DNA of 64,000 nt from Vermamoeba vermiformis (Eukaryota): assembly GCA_045837725.1 (NCBI GenBank), contig JBEWZL010000260.1:310001-374000 (forward strand), in the 5' to 3' direction. Below, piece after piece: positions 13,937-27,682 of this stretch; position 1 is the first letter of the stretch, and each line of letters starts with the position of its first letter. The notes under the pieces were generated by a model, which did no database searches, was not told where the DNA came from, and was given only the letters and a program-made list of their open reading frames with translations. The position numbers and the translations under genes are program-made.

Positions 13937-14460
13937 TCAGTCCGCTTTTCCGTTTTTGCTGTCGAGCCGCGAGAGAATTTTATTCGTCTTAGGCGTAAAA
14001 AACATATCACCCGAGACTGTAACTGAATTGTGGCGCTGCGTTGAGATGATATCGCCATAACAACGCCACGCACAGTGGATCAGGATCAATAACGCAAGAA
14101 AAGCGACCAAGCCAACTAATATCATTTGAAGCTGTATAATATACGTATTAGCATACGTCCATAATATTAACAATAAATTGGCAAGAAGAGAATGTCGTTT
14201 GATTCAAATTTACACAACATTATAAATTTGAAGTTGAATAAAGCTATAAAAATTATATAAATTATGCAAACGTGTCAATTTATTACCTGTAATTGTTCTA
14301 TTGTCTTAATAGTTGTTTTATCTTGATACATTTTTGGAACGCTTTCCTCATCTTGTTTAACCTTCGCTGCATCGGTGCCAAGGTAGTCAAAATCGTATAC
14401 AGCGCCCCATAATAATATAATTCCGAATAATAGTGCAGCTTGTTCTGAAGTAGGTGTCAT
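13937..14460 (-). CDS. Small two-exon hypothetical membrane protein
   Basis: Two ORF pieces joined in phase 0 by a GT-AG intron; two hydrophobic segments. Confidence 0.5.
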
Positions 14461-14532
14461 GTGTTCACACCTGAAACGGTCGCGGTGAAATGAGTTGCAA
14501 TTTTTTTGCCATTACCACTACCGCCCGCCAAG

Positions 14533-16337
14533 ATGGAGCACAATACTGATAATAGCAACTTAATAGATGACGGTGAAACCCAAATTGGCGCTATTGAGGT
14601 TGATGTAGATCCAAATCAGCCTCAGAGAGTTAGACGCAACAAGAATGAAGATCCAATGCGTAAAGAGAAGCGAGAAAAATGGAAAAAGAAGCATACTGGA
14701 AAAAAGCGCGATGGAAATACTGAGGGAGTGATAGACAAGCTTGAGGAATTGGATATTCACCCTGAAGTTGTCCGAATCAAGAATGACGGAGTCGTTTGGC
14801 GCGATCCACACTATGAATACTGTGAAAAAAAAGTAGAAATGACGGAAGATCAAATCGAGGAAGAGTTAGGTGAACGTGCTTGGCAGGATGTGGATTGGGA
14901 TGCAGCGAGAGAAGAAGCGGCGAGAGCAATTCTTGCAAATAATAAGCAAGCAGTATTACCACAAGAAATACAAGGTATTTTTTAACGAGAGTGATTATTT
15001 GCAATTTTATGTATTATTTATTTTCTGTTACCGATCCCAGAATAGCCGATCGGATCTCCTTCTTCTTCGTCATAATTGTATTTAATAATACACCGAATTA
15101 TTTTCACGAATTTTAATCTACTCTATCGATAATTTCTAACTGACGCGATCCAACAGAAAAATTCAAACAAGAGACCGCTGGACGATGGGACAGATTTTAT
15201 CAACACCACAAAAATAATTTCTTCAAGAACAGATATTATTTAAGGTAAGGCATTCCTATCAACACAAATCTGAATCACGCGTCTAACCAATGATCTGTCA
15301 GATCCGAGTTCCCTGAGATTAATGAAGGCAGCAGTAAAACTAGCGATGGAAGCAAGGTACCGTGGGCTATATTACGAAGCACGAGATGATATTAATTAAA
15401 AACGTGTTACAGCCCATTGTACTCGAGGTCGGATGTGGTGTTGGCAACACTTTGTTCCCACTCGTCAAGAACAGTCCTGAAAAATATTTCTATGCCTTCG
15501 ATTTGTCACCGAAAGCGATTGATGTTTTGAAGGTAAAAGCACCTTAAAAGCCTACATAGGATCGTGGGTCAACGTTCTAACATGCTCTTTTTAGACCCAC
15601 AAGCGATATGACGAGTCGCGTTGCAAGGCATTTGTATGCGACATAACAAAAGACGAGTTGCCTGAAGAGATTAGAGAGAACAAGGTCGACATTGTTGTCA
15701 GCATTTTCTGCCTATCAGCCATCCCTCCAGAAATGATGCCGAGCGTAATGAAGAAGATTTACACGGTAAGCATAGCTTTAACTACGTGTTGTAATGATTA
15801 TTAATGTTTTTTTTGCAGTGCTTGAAGCCAGGAGGCATGTTTATTCTCCGTGACTACGGTCTCTATGACATGACTCAAATGCGCTTCTTTGCCAAGAAGG
15901 GCAGTCAAATGGGTGAAAATTTCTTCGTTCGAGGCGATGGTACTTTCACTTACTACTTTTCGCTCGGTAAGTCTTCGATAATACTGTTTTAACGAGCCCG
16001 AGATCTGATCCAAAACCTTCACTTTATAGAGGAGGCTGAAAGAATGATGAAGACAGCCGGCTTTGATATTATGGATAATGTATATAGAACACGAGTGATT
16101 ACTAACCGCAAGCGAAAATTGAAAATGTATCGTGTCTGGTTGCGTGGAAAGTACATCAAACCCATCGGTGATAGTACTCTTCATACAACTATTACTCCTG
16201 TTATCGTCGAGGAAACCGAGAAAGAGATCGAAAAGAAGAGAAAGAAGCTCGAGGAGAAGATGAACAAGATTAAGAACAACACTAACGCCAACAATGACGG
16301 CGAAGATCAGCGTGAGGCCGGCAGCGACGAGAAATAA
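14533..16337 (+). CDS. tRNA N3-methylcytidine methyltransferase (METTL2/METTL6/Trm140 family)
   Basis: [63 protein letters not shown]. Confidence 0.92.
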
Positions 16338-16427
16338 ATTTAGATTTTATTTAGTACGAATTATGCGTAACACCACCGGCAACAGTAAACTCGATTTTGG
16401 ACGTCGAGACTAATTGCCGCGGTGATT

Positions 16428-19191
16428 ATGGATGGGCTAAGCAAGGCAGTCGAGCGTAAAGACCTACACGAGGTCAAAAATATTCTCAAAAATGAAATCA
16501 AAGAGGATATTGCATGGGTATGGAGTAAATTCGTCATAGAATATATCTCATAATTTATTCGAATTTTCAGAGCGAATTAAAAAATCAGTTTTGGTTAGAT
16601 CTGTTTTGTAAGTATCTGATACCTACTACTAAATATTATCAGTATTAATTCAGGCGTTTAGTAACACATGAAGCGTTTTTGCACAAAAAAACGGGACGAA
16701 GACCGACTGCTAAGTATTTGGCTAAGCAGATGTCATTTTTGGCTGAGTTTGTTACAGCTGGCACCGTTAACTTCGACGAGTTAATAACTAGACCAGTATT
16801 CTTTGTTTCCGCGTTAATTATTGGTAGCGTAAAATCGCCTATTAATCGTAATAATACTAGTAAGCTAGCTAGTGTACAAGAAAAATTGTTAATGCATCTA
16901 CAGTTGAGTCGTTGGTGCGCGTGATACTTCAACGGCACGACTTGCATAAAGACAAGAAGGCAGATTTGTTCAGGTTATTAATGGAAAACAAGGTTTTAAC
17001 AAAGAGCCCTTTCGCGCTGGCGGATGTCGCTCAGCTCTTACATTCAGGACAGAAGATGTTAATGACTTTAATAGTTAAATACGATCCAGAATCTATATTA
17101 AGTAAGCATATCATCCCAATTTACGTATTAACGACCGAACTAACTGTTTTACAGCCTCTGATTCGGATGGAAATAACATTACTCATTTCCTCGCAAGATT
17201 GGAGCCCTCGTCTATGTCACAGGCGATACAATCTTTGCAGGATATTATCGGGTCAACAAAGATCATCGAGTTGCTAACTAAGTTGTACGTACCAAGCCGA
17301 CCTGGATGTCCTCTTTTTCGTTAGAATCTCTAACAGCAACCGCAATAGTAACCACAAGAATCAAATGGCCGTGCAAGAAGTGATTTTGAACAAAATAGGT
17401 AGTAAATCACCAAAAGTTCCTCCAGGTAATGCTTTGAGCAAAATTTTAACGATCGATACTAACCGCAAAACCAATTCTATTAGTGATTTTGGAAGCGCTG
17501 GAACAAGGCTGCAAAACAGGAGATTTATATCGCACCGAAAGATTCGGCGAGATGATTAAATCGGACAACGCGCTGTTATTTTTCATTGTTAACAGAACTG
17601 AGGATCGTTATTTACCGGAGATCGAGAAACACTTTGAAAAGTTCTCAGACAACGACGAACCAGTTCTGCTCCCACCACCGGCGCCAAAAGGAACAATAAC
17701 GGACATAGACGAGGAGAAATTACGGCCAGCAAGGCTTAAAGAAGAAGAACGTGAGGCAACAAAGTCGCTCAAACAAGCGATCGAATCAGACTGCCAGACG
17801 AATTAGGCGTAACACTCACGTAGAATTGAGGCCACCAGGGTTCACTGATACCGATTCATTACCGATCCACGAGATGCCAAAAGAATTGATCGATTTGATC
17901 TTAAGCGAGATGGCTGGATCGCACAGGTTCAATCTCTTTCGCACTAACAAGGCGCTGTTCGCTTTGTTGAAAAAAACAGACGAGAAGTACTGGCGAGATA
18001 TTCACGAGCAATCGTTTGTGCCCACTGTTGACCTGATATTCTCGTACAAGAAGAGGTGTCTGAGAGAATACTTGTAAGAATTTTATATCACAAAACATGC
18101 CGGATCTAACGTTTTTTCAGCTACAAGGATAATTGGAAGGACAATCGATGCCAGCAAATTATTATTGGAGGGAAAAGACCCGTGAAAATGGACGAGAATT
18201 GGCTTCTTTTGGAAGACAAGAAGTCGTTCTATTGGTGGAACTGTCGTACGCAACAATTATCTGGACCGAAGTTTAGACCTGCGCGGGATAAATACACGGA
18301 CCTTCACATATTACCTAACTACGAAGAAAATCAAATACCGAGCTACATGATTACAGTGAATATGGTTCCATGTGTTGTTACCGACGATCAAGTGGTCCAG
18401 TGCAAAGCATTATCCGAGAAAGCTGACAACCGTACACGAGTTACTGTTTTGAAAGACAATCGAATATGTGTTTCTAGACGACGTGGTGCGTAAAAATAAC
18501 GTTCTATAAGAGAAGTTACGCTAAAACTCCAACGGCAAAAAAGACGGTTCTACGGTCCGTTGGATTTTTAGCATAAAATGTTTTCTATATTGCATTTCAA
18601 TGTTGGTCTAATTACTTCTGAATGTAGGTCTCGATATTTATGATTATGTGCAGGATAAGATAACGGCTTCAATGGAATACAGGGGTCATTTCGCATTTGC
18701 ATTTGATGGTAAAATATGCTACAACATATCTGCAAATTTGCTTGCACGTCGAGCCAAGAAAATTAAATTTTACAATGCGGAGACTCTCGAACTGGTCCAC
18801 AAAACAAAGTATAATTTCTCTTGTACGGAGGTCGTTGCAACAGATTACAACGATTTTGCTTATATTGGTGTCTATGGGGTTGGATTCTTTTCTATCTTTC
18901 ACAAAGTTGTGGATCACGAATTATTCAAACTAAAGTTTGTAAGGATCCGGTTGATCTTGCCTAAATGTACTAATCTTCGATCGATAGAAAAGAGACGCTG
19001 TGAGTTTGAATAGGATTATCATATGGAACCAAGAGTTCGGCCTAACAATTTGTTGGAACGCTGTGTCCCGACAGTACGAGTGGATCCAGCCGAGTTCAGT
19101 CAGACCAGTTGTTGCCAATACTAGATATCGGGTTGGAACTAAAAACAAATATACCACTGTCATATATGACTACCAAAGCCTAAACATGTAA
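16428..19191 (+). CDS. F-box-like protein with helical N-terminus and beta-rich C-terminus
   Basis: IHEMPKELIDLILSEM...TNK...YW resembles an F-box; ORF fragments can be joined by GT-AG introns (e.g. 17751-17823). Confidence 0.55.
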
Positions 19192-19390
19192 TTCGAGATC
19201 GAGGCAAGATCTGACGCGCTTTGAACTGTAGAATTATTTTGCTGCTCTCAGAACCAGCCATTCGATAATAAATAGAATAATAATAAATCAAAATCAAAGT
19301 TACAACTATCGGAGTTCCGTAGGTAATTAAAATTAAGAAAAATCTTGAGTCCAGTCGTTGCTGCACTGAAAAGCTGAAGAACATATCTTA

Positions 19391-22300
19391 ATGAGTAAAA
19401 AACAGCAAACAATAGATTTATTGCAGCGAGATATAATTAAGCTGCATAAAGAGCTCGTGGACAAAGTTTCAGAGATCGAAGAGCTGAAGTTCATTGTTAA
19501 AATACTTACAGACCAGCTAACCGAATGCCGAGCAAAATTAGAAGCTAAAGAAGCAGGTGTAAGTATTAAGAGAATTAAATTATTAAGCGAGAATCAACTG
19601 ACAGATTTTTTCGAAATTTGAGTATAAAAATTTAATTTCACAACGCTCACTGTAATAATTAGGGCATTTAATCTATTGCGAAATTGATGAATTTTTAAAA
19701 ATATTAAAATCATAATATTGCGAAGATTTACTTGATTGATTCGTAACTTTTATTTATAGATCACAGAGCCAAAACCTACAGTAGAGTCTGAACTCCAAGT
19801 AATATACTCACTGGTGCCTAATATGCCTTCAGTAATCGGAGGACAGCCATTACCTTCGAATTTAATTGCTTCTGAAAATGACACGTGGGTGACACCTCCG
19901 CAGTCGAAATCTGCTGCCGATCTGCCGAAAGAAACGAAAGAGCCTGAAGCACCTATTATTAATATAGAAAATAAGCAATTAACTCAAGTTACTGGGAGTA
20001 AGCGAGGAAGTCGTCAATTGAAAGAAACTCCGGTGCTCGATCCAGAAACTTTGGCTGCGATGAATATTCAGAAATGGATCCGAACGCATTTGGTGTCAAT
20101 TGAATACAAAAAATTAGTGGAAAAATTTAGAAGAAATTGCAAATTAGCAGCTGAAGAGATTTTGAAGACTGAACGAGCTTACGTTCGCGATCTCGAAGTA
20201 ATCATTAAAGTAAGTCCTTAAACTGCTCCTAAATAGCTAAATATTAATACTATATACGAATAATAATAATAAATATATCGACTACGACCAATGCTAATTA
20301 ATTTAATTTAGACGTTTAAACAACAGCTAGAATTTGACAACATAAATGTGGCCTCAAAAGAAGAAATCGATACAATTTTTATTAATATAACAGAAATACA
20401 CCGAATTAATGCACAATTATTGAACCACCTCGAGGATATTTTTGCAAAGGTAAGATCTCGTTTTTTCGGTCGAGAGATCTCCTTCTAAAAATTAGAATCA
20501 TTAGGGCGTTAGTGTGCCTTCCAAAATAGGAGTATTATTTATGCGCGTAGTGCCTTATTTAAAAGAATATTCGTTATATGTAAACAGATACCGTTATTCG
20601 TTGAGCACTTTGCAAGAGTGCCGAAAAAGAAAAGATTTCGAGGCCTGGATCCAAGTAATACCATAATATAATACTCAACTATTAATAATATATACTAATT
20701 ATATTATTTAATAGACGCTTATTCCATTACCAGAATTGCAAAATTTGGATCTGCCGGATTTTTTGATTAAACCGGTCAAAAGAATTCCTCAATACGTGTT
20801 AATGTTATCAGTAAGTATACTAAGCATTATATATATATACTAACGATAAATATAGCAATTGATCAAATACACGGTGCAAGACAGTCAAGCGTTCCATACA
20901 TTAACAGCGTCGCTTCAAAAAATTAAACAAATCGCTGATTGGCTCAACGAAAGCAAAAGACATGTAATTACATCTATTTACAGCAAAAACAACAGTTCTT
21001 AATTAAAACTTTTTTAGGCGGAGACGGTTGAAAAAATTAACGAAATTCAAGTCAGTTTCATTGACGATCAGAATGCACCGGTAAGTCATAATAACTGCAA
21101 AATACAATAAGTATACATATCAATATGATAATATACCTTTAGATTCTTTTAGAAGATGGCCGTGTATTCGGTAAGTCCAACTGTGAAAAATATCTTTGAC
21201 GCGTGTCAACAAGTGTCATATCCAATAACGCTACTATTCACTTGTAGCACTTACATTAATATATTACGTATTATTTTCGCCCTTTTCTACCCAATTTTTT
21301 GACACCTGCCAAAAGTACGATGAATTCTGACCAACCGGTTTTAGTACGAGAAGCCATCCTCGAAGAGAAACTTGGCATTTTGTCAGCAGAAAACAAACAC
21401 GTCTATTTATTCAACGACTGCATTTTGTTCTCTTTTGTGACCGGCCAAACTAAATTTGATAAAATGTTGGATCTGCATCAAGTCAAAATCGAAGAAGGTA
21501 CGTCACGACTCTTCGATAATAATCGTTATATTAATCTAATGCATTATGATAGGATCGCCTAGTAGCTTGTACATTGGACTGCAATGGGGTCCGAATGCAA
21601 AAAGTCAATTAGTTTTCCAGTCCAAAGAAGACAAAGAGACGTGGCTGAATGACCTCAAAAGACTGCAAAAAGAACAAATTAAAATCGTGCAAAGTCATTA
21701 TTTCAACGTAAGTCAAACAAAAAATATCTCGGATCCGGTCCGTGAAAAAATTGTTAATTTTACATTTGTAGCCAATTGCCGAGTTCATAACTGATGCACC
21801 ACCATCAATTGTTATAAATAAGGCAGTTAAAGAAGGATTTTTATATAAGATGAGCAATAGAAGCAAGATCTGGTACAAGCGGTGGTACGAAAAATCAACT
21901 TCAAAAATTGAATAATTTTTACGAAAGCCAATAATAATAATAATTTAAATAGGTTTGTATTAGAAGATGGATTTTTATCGAGTTATCGGTCAAAGATTAT
22001 CAAAGACGAGCCTGTCAAGTTAATGCTCAAAAATTTCTTTTTAAAGAATGAGACCAAAATGACTTCACGACATCGATTCTGCTTCGAATTGTACAACGCT
22101 AAACAAAAAAGGTAAGTCACGTGACATTTTAACTTTTGACACTTAATGACACCTGTCATTTTTTTCCATCCAGTTTGTACTTCGCTGCTGAAACAGAGGC
22201 CGAGCGTCAAGCTTGGATGAGTGCTTTGACAACATTTACCATGTTTGGGCATAAGATCGATCTTCGTGCTCAAATTATTCCGCTTGAAAAAGTTGAGATT

Positions 22301-22525
22301 GTCGAGTCTCCCAGATCCGTTCATGAAAGTCCAAGATTGGCGGTTAGCGCTGAGATCGAGCGCGATGAGGACAAACTTACCATATATGGATTCAGTTATG
22401 ATCAAGCGGAAAAACCATCGATGATCCCACGAGCTATTTCAGTCAGCATGCCAACGACACCTGTTGGCGTCAGAGACAAAAAAACAGGTTCAAAATCAGA
22501 CGAAAAGAATTCAGATGAAAAATAG
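19391..22525 (+). CDS. RhoGEF: coiled coil - IQ-like - DH - PH - PH
   Basis: AAMNIQKWIR (IQ-like), EILKTERAYVRDL, FLIKPVKRIPQY, VYLFND, KEGFLYK..WYKRWFVL, ERQAWMSAL. Confidence 0.88.
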
Positions 22526-22611
22526 TTATTGAAATACAACGAACCCACCAACTGTAAATAAAAAAACTTAATTTATTGTCGTTCGTTCAAGATTTTTCCT
22601 CGAGTCCGCCG

Positions 22612-24608
22612 TTACTGCTTCGACAGCATTTCCAATTTCAACTCTTCTTCTTTGGCTCTCTTTCTGCATTTAAAGCACGGGTTTTCTCGCAACAAAATGA
22701 GTCGTGGTAAGTGTGGCTCCAAGATCTGATAGGTGACACCAGCTTCTGTTACAAAGAACGAAGTGGTTAGAGTTGCTTTTCATTAAGTATGGTATGAGCA
22801 CTTACTTGGTACTATAATTTCAATTTCCTGTAATTGAGTTAAATGTGCAAGATGATTGGCGTCAAAATGATTGCAGACCGAATTAGTAAACATTGTGCGA
22901 TTGCCAAGAAGAGTTAAACGTCTCAAATTCAGCGTTGATATTGAGTCATCCATATCGAAAGTATCCGTCAAAAGACATTCGAGTGCTGTAAATTTGGCAA
23001 TATCCGGCCACGGAATTGGATTCGCTAATGTTCCAATTGAAATTTCCTTCAGTTTTCTTAGCTCGTCCGGCACCAACTCTATACCGCTCTTAGACTTATC
23101 AGGAGCGTGATATACAAATCTCTGTAATTGCGTTGCACCGCGAATGTCAACTACGTTCACGCATTGCGTCAGTTCAAGGTCAGTCAAATTCGTGAACGTT
23201 GATAGACTGAGCTTGTCCAATGGATGGTCGGGAGATTCGCTGGTGATACGGAGCGAGTTTAACTTTGTCATGTTTGAAAGATTTTTCAGTCCGATGTGTC
23301 TTCCGAGTCTAAGCATGAGCGAGGTCAATTGAGTTAGCGTCATAAGTACTGACAAGCCATATGGTTCGTTGTATAAAGTTGTGTTACGAACATATAGAGT
23401 CAATCGCTCTAACTGGTCATCTTGCTAATCTCGGCAAAACAGTCTTCGTGGTCGTGATAAACGGTCACCCACAATGTCCGTAACGTGTCTTTGTTGAACT
23501 GCTGCAACAAGTTCTTGACACCTCCGAACGGTGGGACGCCTCCAATAAGCATCGTGAATGCACGCAAGTGCTTCATCTCGCGTACATCGACTGAATCAAA
23601 CATGTCTTGAGTGGAGACAGCAGTGACATTGAGCGATGTGAGGCTCGTACACTTAGAGACGTGCTTCAAGGCTGAGGAGTCCATTGATTTCCGCGTGAAG
23701 TTCAGCGATAATTGTTTCAATTGGTGCCACGGAATTTCAAACTTGTTCTGAATTGAAATGTGATCAATGGACAGCGAGGTGAGATGGTCCCACGAGCCAG
23801 TTGGTACATAGAGATGAGGGGAGGCTGTGAAGCGATTCACGTTTTGAATATTAACAGTCTTTGGTTTGAATTTTGCGAGCCATTCTTGCGGGGGACTTGT
23901 CTATGATCGAATTGTCAAAGATGTGACGTTCGGACATGTCAAGTTTGACCAGCTATTGTTCTTGTTTGTTAAGTGCAAAGTCATTAATTTGCTAAGGAGA
24001 GCTGTGTCGGCCGGCGTCTCCAGTAAGTTCAGCCTCGAGGTAGGTCAATTTTGACAGATGATGAAGCGCTGACATCGTGACAACACCGTTCTCTCCAACT
24101 TTTAGCGAGACCAAATTTGACAGTTGCGTTAGTACTGAGCTATCAATAGCACTATCTATATGCAGTGAAGTGAGTTGGGTGAGGGCCAAAATGCGTCTCA
24201 TATCGTCAGATCTGAGCATTTGTGTTTTTTTGAAGGTCGATCCAGCCGCGTTGAGCGCGTGCACGATGTTTGGCTTGTTGAAAGTGAGGCCAATCGGCTT
24301 TTGATAGCGACCAAATACTCGTACGAATTGTCCCACCTCGGAGGGAACTATAACTCCGATATTAAATTGAGACCATCTGACAATGTTGAAGAATGTTCTA
24401 GACACAAGACGAACACTTGATCTCTGATCTTCTTTTGGCACGAGAGCCACAATTGCGTTTACTAATTCTTGTGGTAATTCGAGAATATTGTAAGCAGGTT
24501 TATCTGGCTGTTTCTCCAAACGAATCAATTAATTATTAATAAAAAGAAAAATCCCGAAAAATGTAAAGAATGAAATAAAAAGTACGTAATTACCTCATGA
24601 TTCTCCAT
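22612..24608 (-). pseudogene. F-box/LRR paralogue 1, disrupted
   Basis: ILELPQELV F-box and LxxLxxL repeats; frameshift near 24020; in-frame TAG at 23901-23903 and 23409-23411 where the paralogues have sense codons. Confidence 0.75.
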
Positions 24609-25257
24609 TTGATAATGGCGTTTAATTCAACTGCTTTTAATTTAAAATTGGATTTTTGGTTCTGATCTGGCAGAAATCGCAGAAGTCCCAGCTTATAAAA
24701 TAAAGTCCTCTTTTTTTCGCTGATGATTTGGCATCAGTGTGGTTAACAGTCAAAAAAAAGGACTGAAGCACTTCAAGTTATTTCTCGTGGAACAAAATCA
24801 AATAAAATGAAATTGCGTATTTTGAAACCTTGTTGACGGAAGAAAAGCAGAGAGGGATGTCCAAGAATTTTCTCAGTCAAATACGAAGTAGCCGTATGGC
24901 CAGGATTTATTTAATTCATGTCTACAACCCCTTATCCTGTCCCAAGCGCTACACGGCAAAGAAAAGCGAAAGAGACGAAAACGAAAAGCCAGAAAAAAGG
25001 GAGGGGACAAAGGAGAGGGGGGGAAACGCCCGCGTGGCGGTTAGAGTAAGAACCCGGGGGCCGAGGGGTAAGGGGGAGCCTTGTAATTCCCTCCTCCTGT
25101 TTTTCTTGTTGGCGGTTTTTTTTTTTTTGTTTTCCGGGTTTTTTTCGATTTTTTTTTGGTGCGGGAACGGAATCCTCATTTTGAAGTGATTCACTTGGGC
25201 TTGGACGTGTCATCTTGCCAACAAACTTCGTGTCAAAAAAAAACGACGTCATGGCGG

Positions 25258-27574
25258 CTAACATGGTTCCTCTTTGAAATGCACGAGCATTGGCCACCGT
25301 TCAGATTCGATGTTTTGTGAGGGTGTGCCTACGAAGTGTTATCAATATACCTGAATAGGTAATAGAGTAGTTACACTTACTTCGGTGCACACGGATCTCC
25401 AAGTGCTGCAGTCGCGTCAAAGTTGTCAAATGATTCATGTCAAAATGCGTGCAAGGAGACTTTGCATAGTACAAATCAAAGTGACCTAGTCTCGTCAACT
25501 GTTTCAAGTTTTGCAACGCCAAGATTGAATCTCCGTTTGAATAAATGAATCAGTTGAAATGCTGTTCAATTTGGTGCATTGAGCCAAGTCAGTCCACGGT
25601 ATTGGATCCGATAAATAACCAATGGAAATCTGCTCGAGATTCCCCAATTCTGCCGGATCCATTTCTATCGCACTTTCCGACTCCTTCTGAGAGTCAAAGG
25701 CGAAATTTCGCAGTTTGGTAATGCCGCGAAGGTTCACTAAGCTGGCAACTTGCATTAATTCCAAACTTGTCAAATTACTAAGTGACGATACGTTGAGTGA
25801 CTCCAATGGTTGGTGATAATCGCAAGAGATAGTAAGTGATTGTAAGTTGGTCAAGTTCGTCATATTATCAAGGCCTTTGCATTTGTTCACTGACAAGTAA
25901 AGTGAGGTCAATTGAGTCATTGTCATGAACGGTGCCACGTCATCAAGTTCATAAGCTTCGTTGTGGAGATGTTTCACGTAGAGCTTCAGCGACTCTAACT
26001 TAGTCATCGCACTAATCTCCGCAATGCAATCTTTGTGGTCTTGAAAGATTATCATGTGAAGTGCCTTCAACGTGTCGGTGTTCAACTGTGGCAGTAAATT
26101 CTTCACACTTCCAAAGGGAGCCGCTCCTCCCATTAATAGCGTGAACGACTGTAGCTTTTGTAGCTCACGGACATCGATCGCGTCAATTAGGTGTTGACTC
26201 TTGACCGACAGCACGTTGAGTGACGTGAGGTTAGTGCACTTTGAAATGTGACGTAGTGTTGACATGTCCATTCGAGGTCCAGGAATATACAACGACAAAG
26301 AATTCAATTGGTGCCACGGAATGTCATCTTCGTTCTTTAGCAATACTTTTCGCAATGAGAGTGAAGTCAGATTGCGAAACATGTTGGCTGAAAACTGGTA
26401 CTCTGTGCATCTTTCGTATTCTGGATTGTCAGTAAATAAGGCGTTGTATCCACCTTGGTAATCGATTGACAAAGACCTGATTGGCGTGGGATCGTCAAGC
26501 TTGATGTTAATTGCAGGATCTTCCTGTCCCCAAGTTAGCGCTTTTTCAGGCTTAGATATTAGTTCCAATGACACCAAGTTGGGTAGCGTAATTTCAATCT
26601 CGTTTGTAGCGCGTCGAACGTGAAGACGAGTCAATTTTGACAGGTGTTGAGGAGTTGCAGGTGTGATGTTATCAGCCTCGAGCGACACGAGGTTTGTAAG
26701 ATGAATCAATGTCGGGCCATCAATGTACGCTTCTTTCGCACTCAAGCAAGTGAGTTGAGTGAGTGATGTGAGGTGTGCCATGTCTTGCACACTCAGTTTG
26801 TGAGGTTTGTTGAATGTGAGTCCGAGTGGTTTTTGATAGCGACCAAACACTCGCACCAAATGCTCCATCTCTGATGGGAGAACCAATCCGAGATTGAATT
26901 GCGATAATCCAACACTGTTGAAGAATAATTTGGATACAAGATGGACACTCGATCTTTGATCTTCTTTTGCAATTGATGACGCGATCAATTGTAATAATTC
27001 CAGCGGTAAATCCAGGATATTTAATCCCTAATAAGAGGAATTATTGATAAATGGCTGTAAGAATAAAGAAGCTAAGTATTTATACCTGGGACGGTATCGC
27101 GTTTTGGATCTGTTGTCGTCGGAGTGCAGCCTTTTCTGCGGGCATCTTCGCCAAAAATTCTGATACTTTCGACGTAATTGAATGTACATATTTATCGAGT
27201 GTTGGTGACTTGTCTGCAAGAGCTTCCTCGAACTGGCAGATCCTTTGCTCAAGGTTAATTTTAGTAATTTAAACATTATTTAATTAATCATTTAAATTAA
27301 TTACCCTTTGCTCTGTACTGGGATTTTCTGCGCCTGTTGTAATAATTTGAAAATCTCTTGTCACATCCAGCCTAAAAAAAAAGAATTAAGTAATCTTCGC
27401 ATCAGTTCTGAATCATTTGTAACATAAAAATGATAATACTATTATTGTTGATAGTAATGATTGCTTTTTTAAAGCTCAGAGCGATCCAGCTTACAAAATC
27501 GCTCGTAACTTCCGGCGTACGTCTTGGGAATGTTGAGAAGCCTTCCAGTCGATCACGTCTGCCTTGGCTTGCAT
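25258..27574 (-). pseudogene. F-box/LRR paralogue 2 with extra N-terminal exons; late frameshift
   Basis: ILDLPLELL F-box; 494-aa LRR ORF; single-base shift near 25541 relative to paralogue 3 (DSIDTNGSVLAL). Confidence 0.7.
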
Positions 27575-27682
27575 TATTTGAATAAAGACAATTGATTTTT
27601 GTTGTTAAACATAATTCGTGTCCATTTATTAGCACAGGTTAATTTTTGACCGCAGCAATATTGCAAAGCAACCGAAGCCTTT

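Noticed and set aside
17751-17823. Apparent frameshift between overlapping ORFs in the F-box-like gene
   Set aside because: Resolved by a phase-1 GTGAGG...CGTAG intron.
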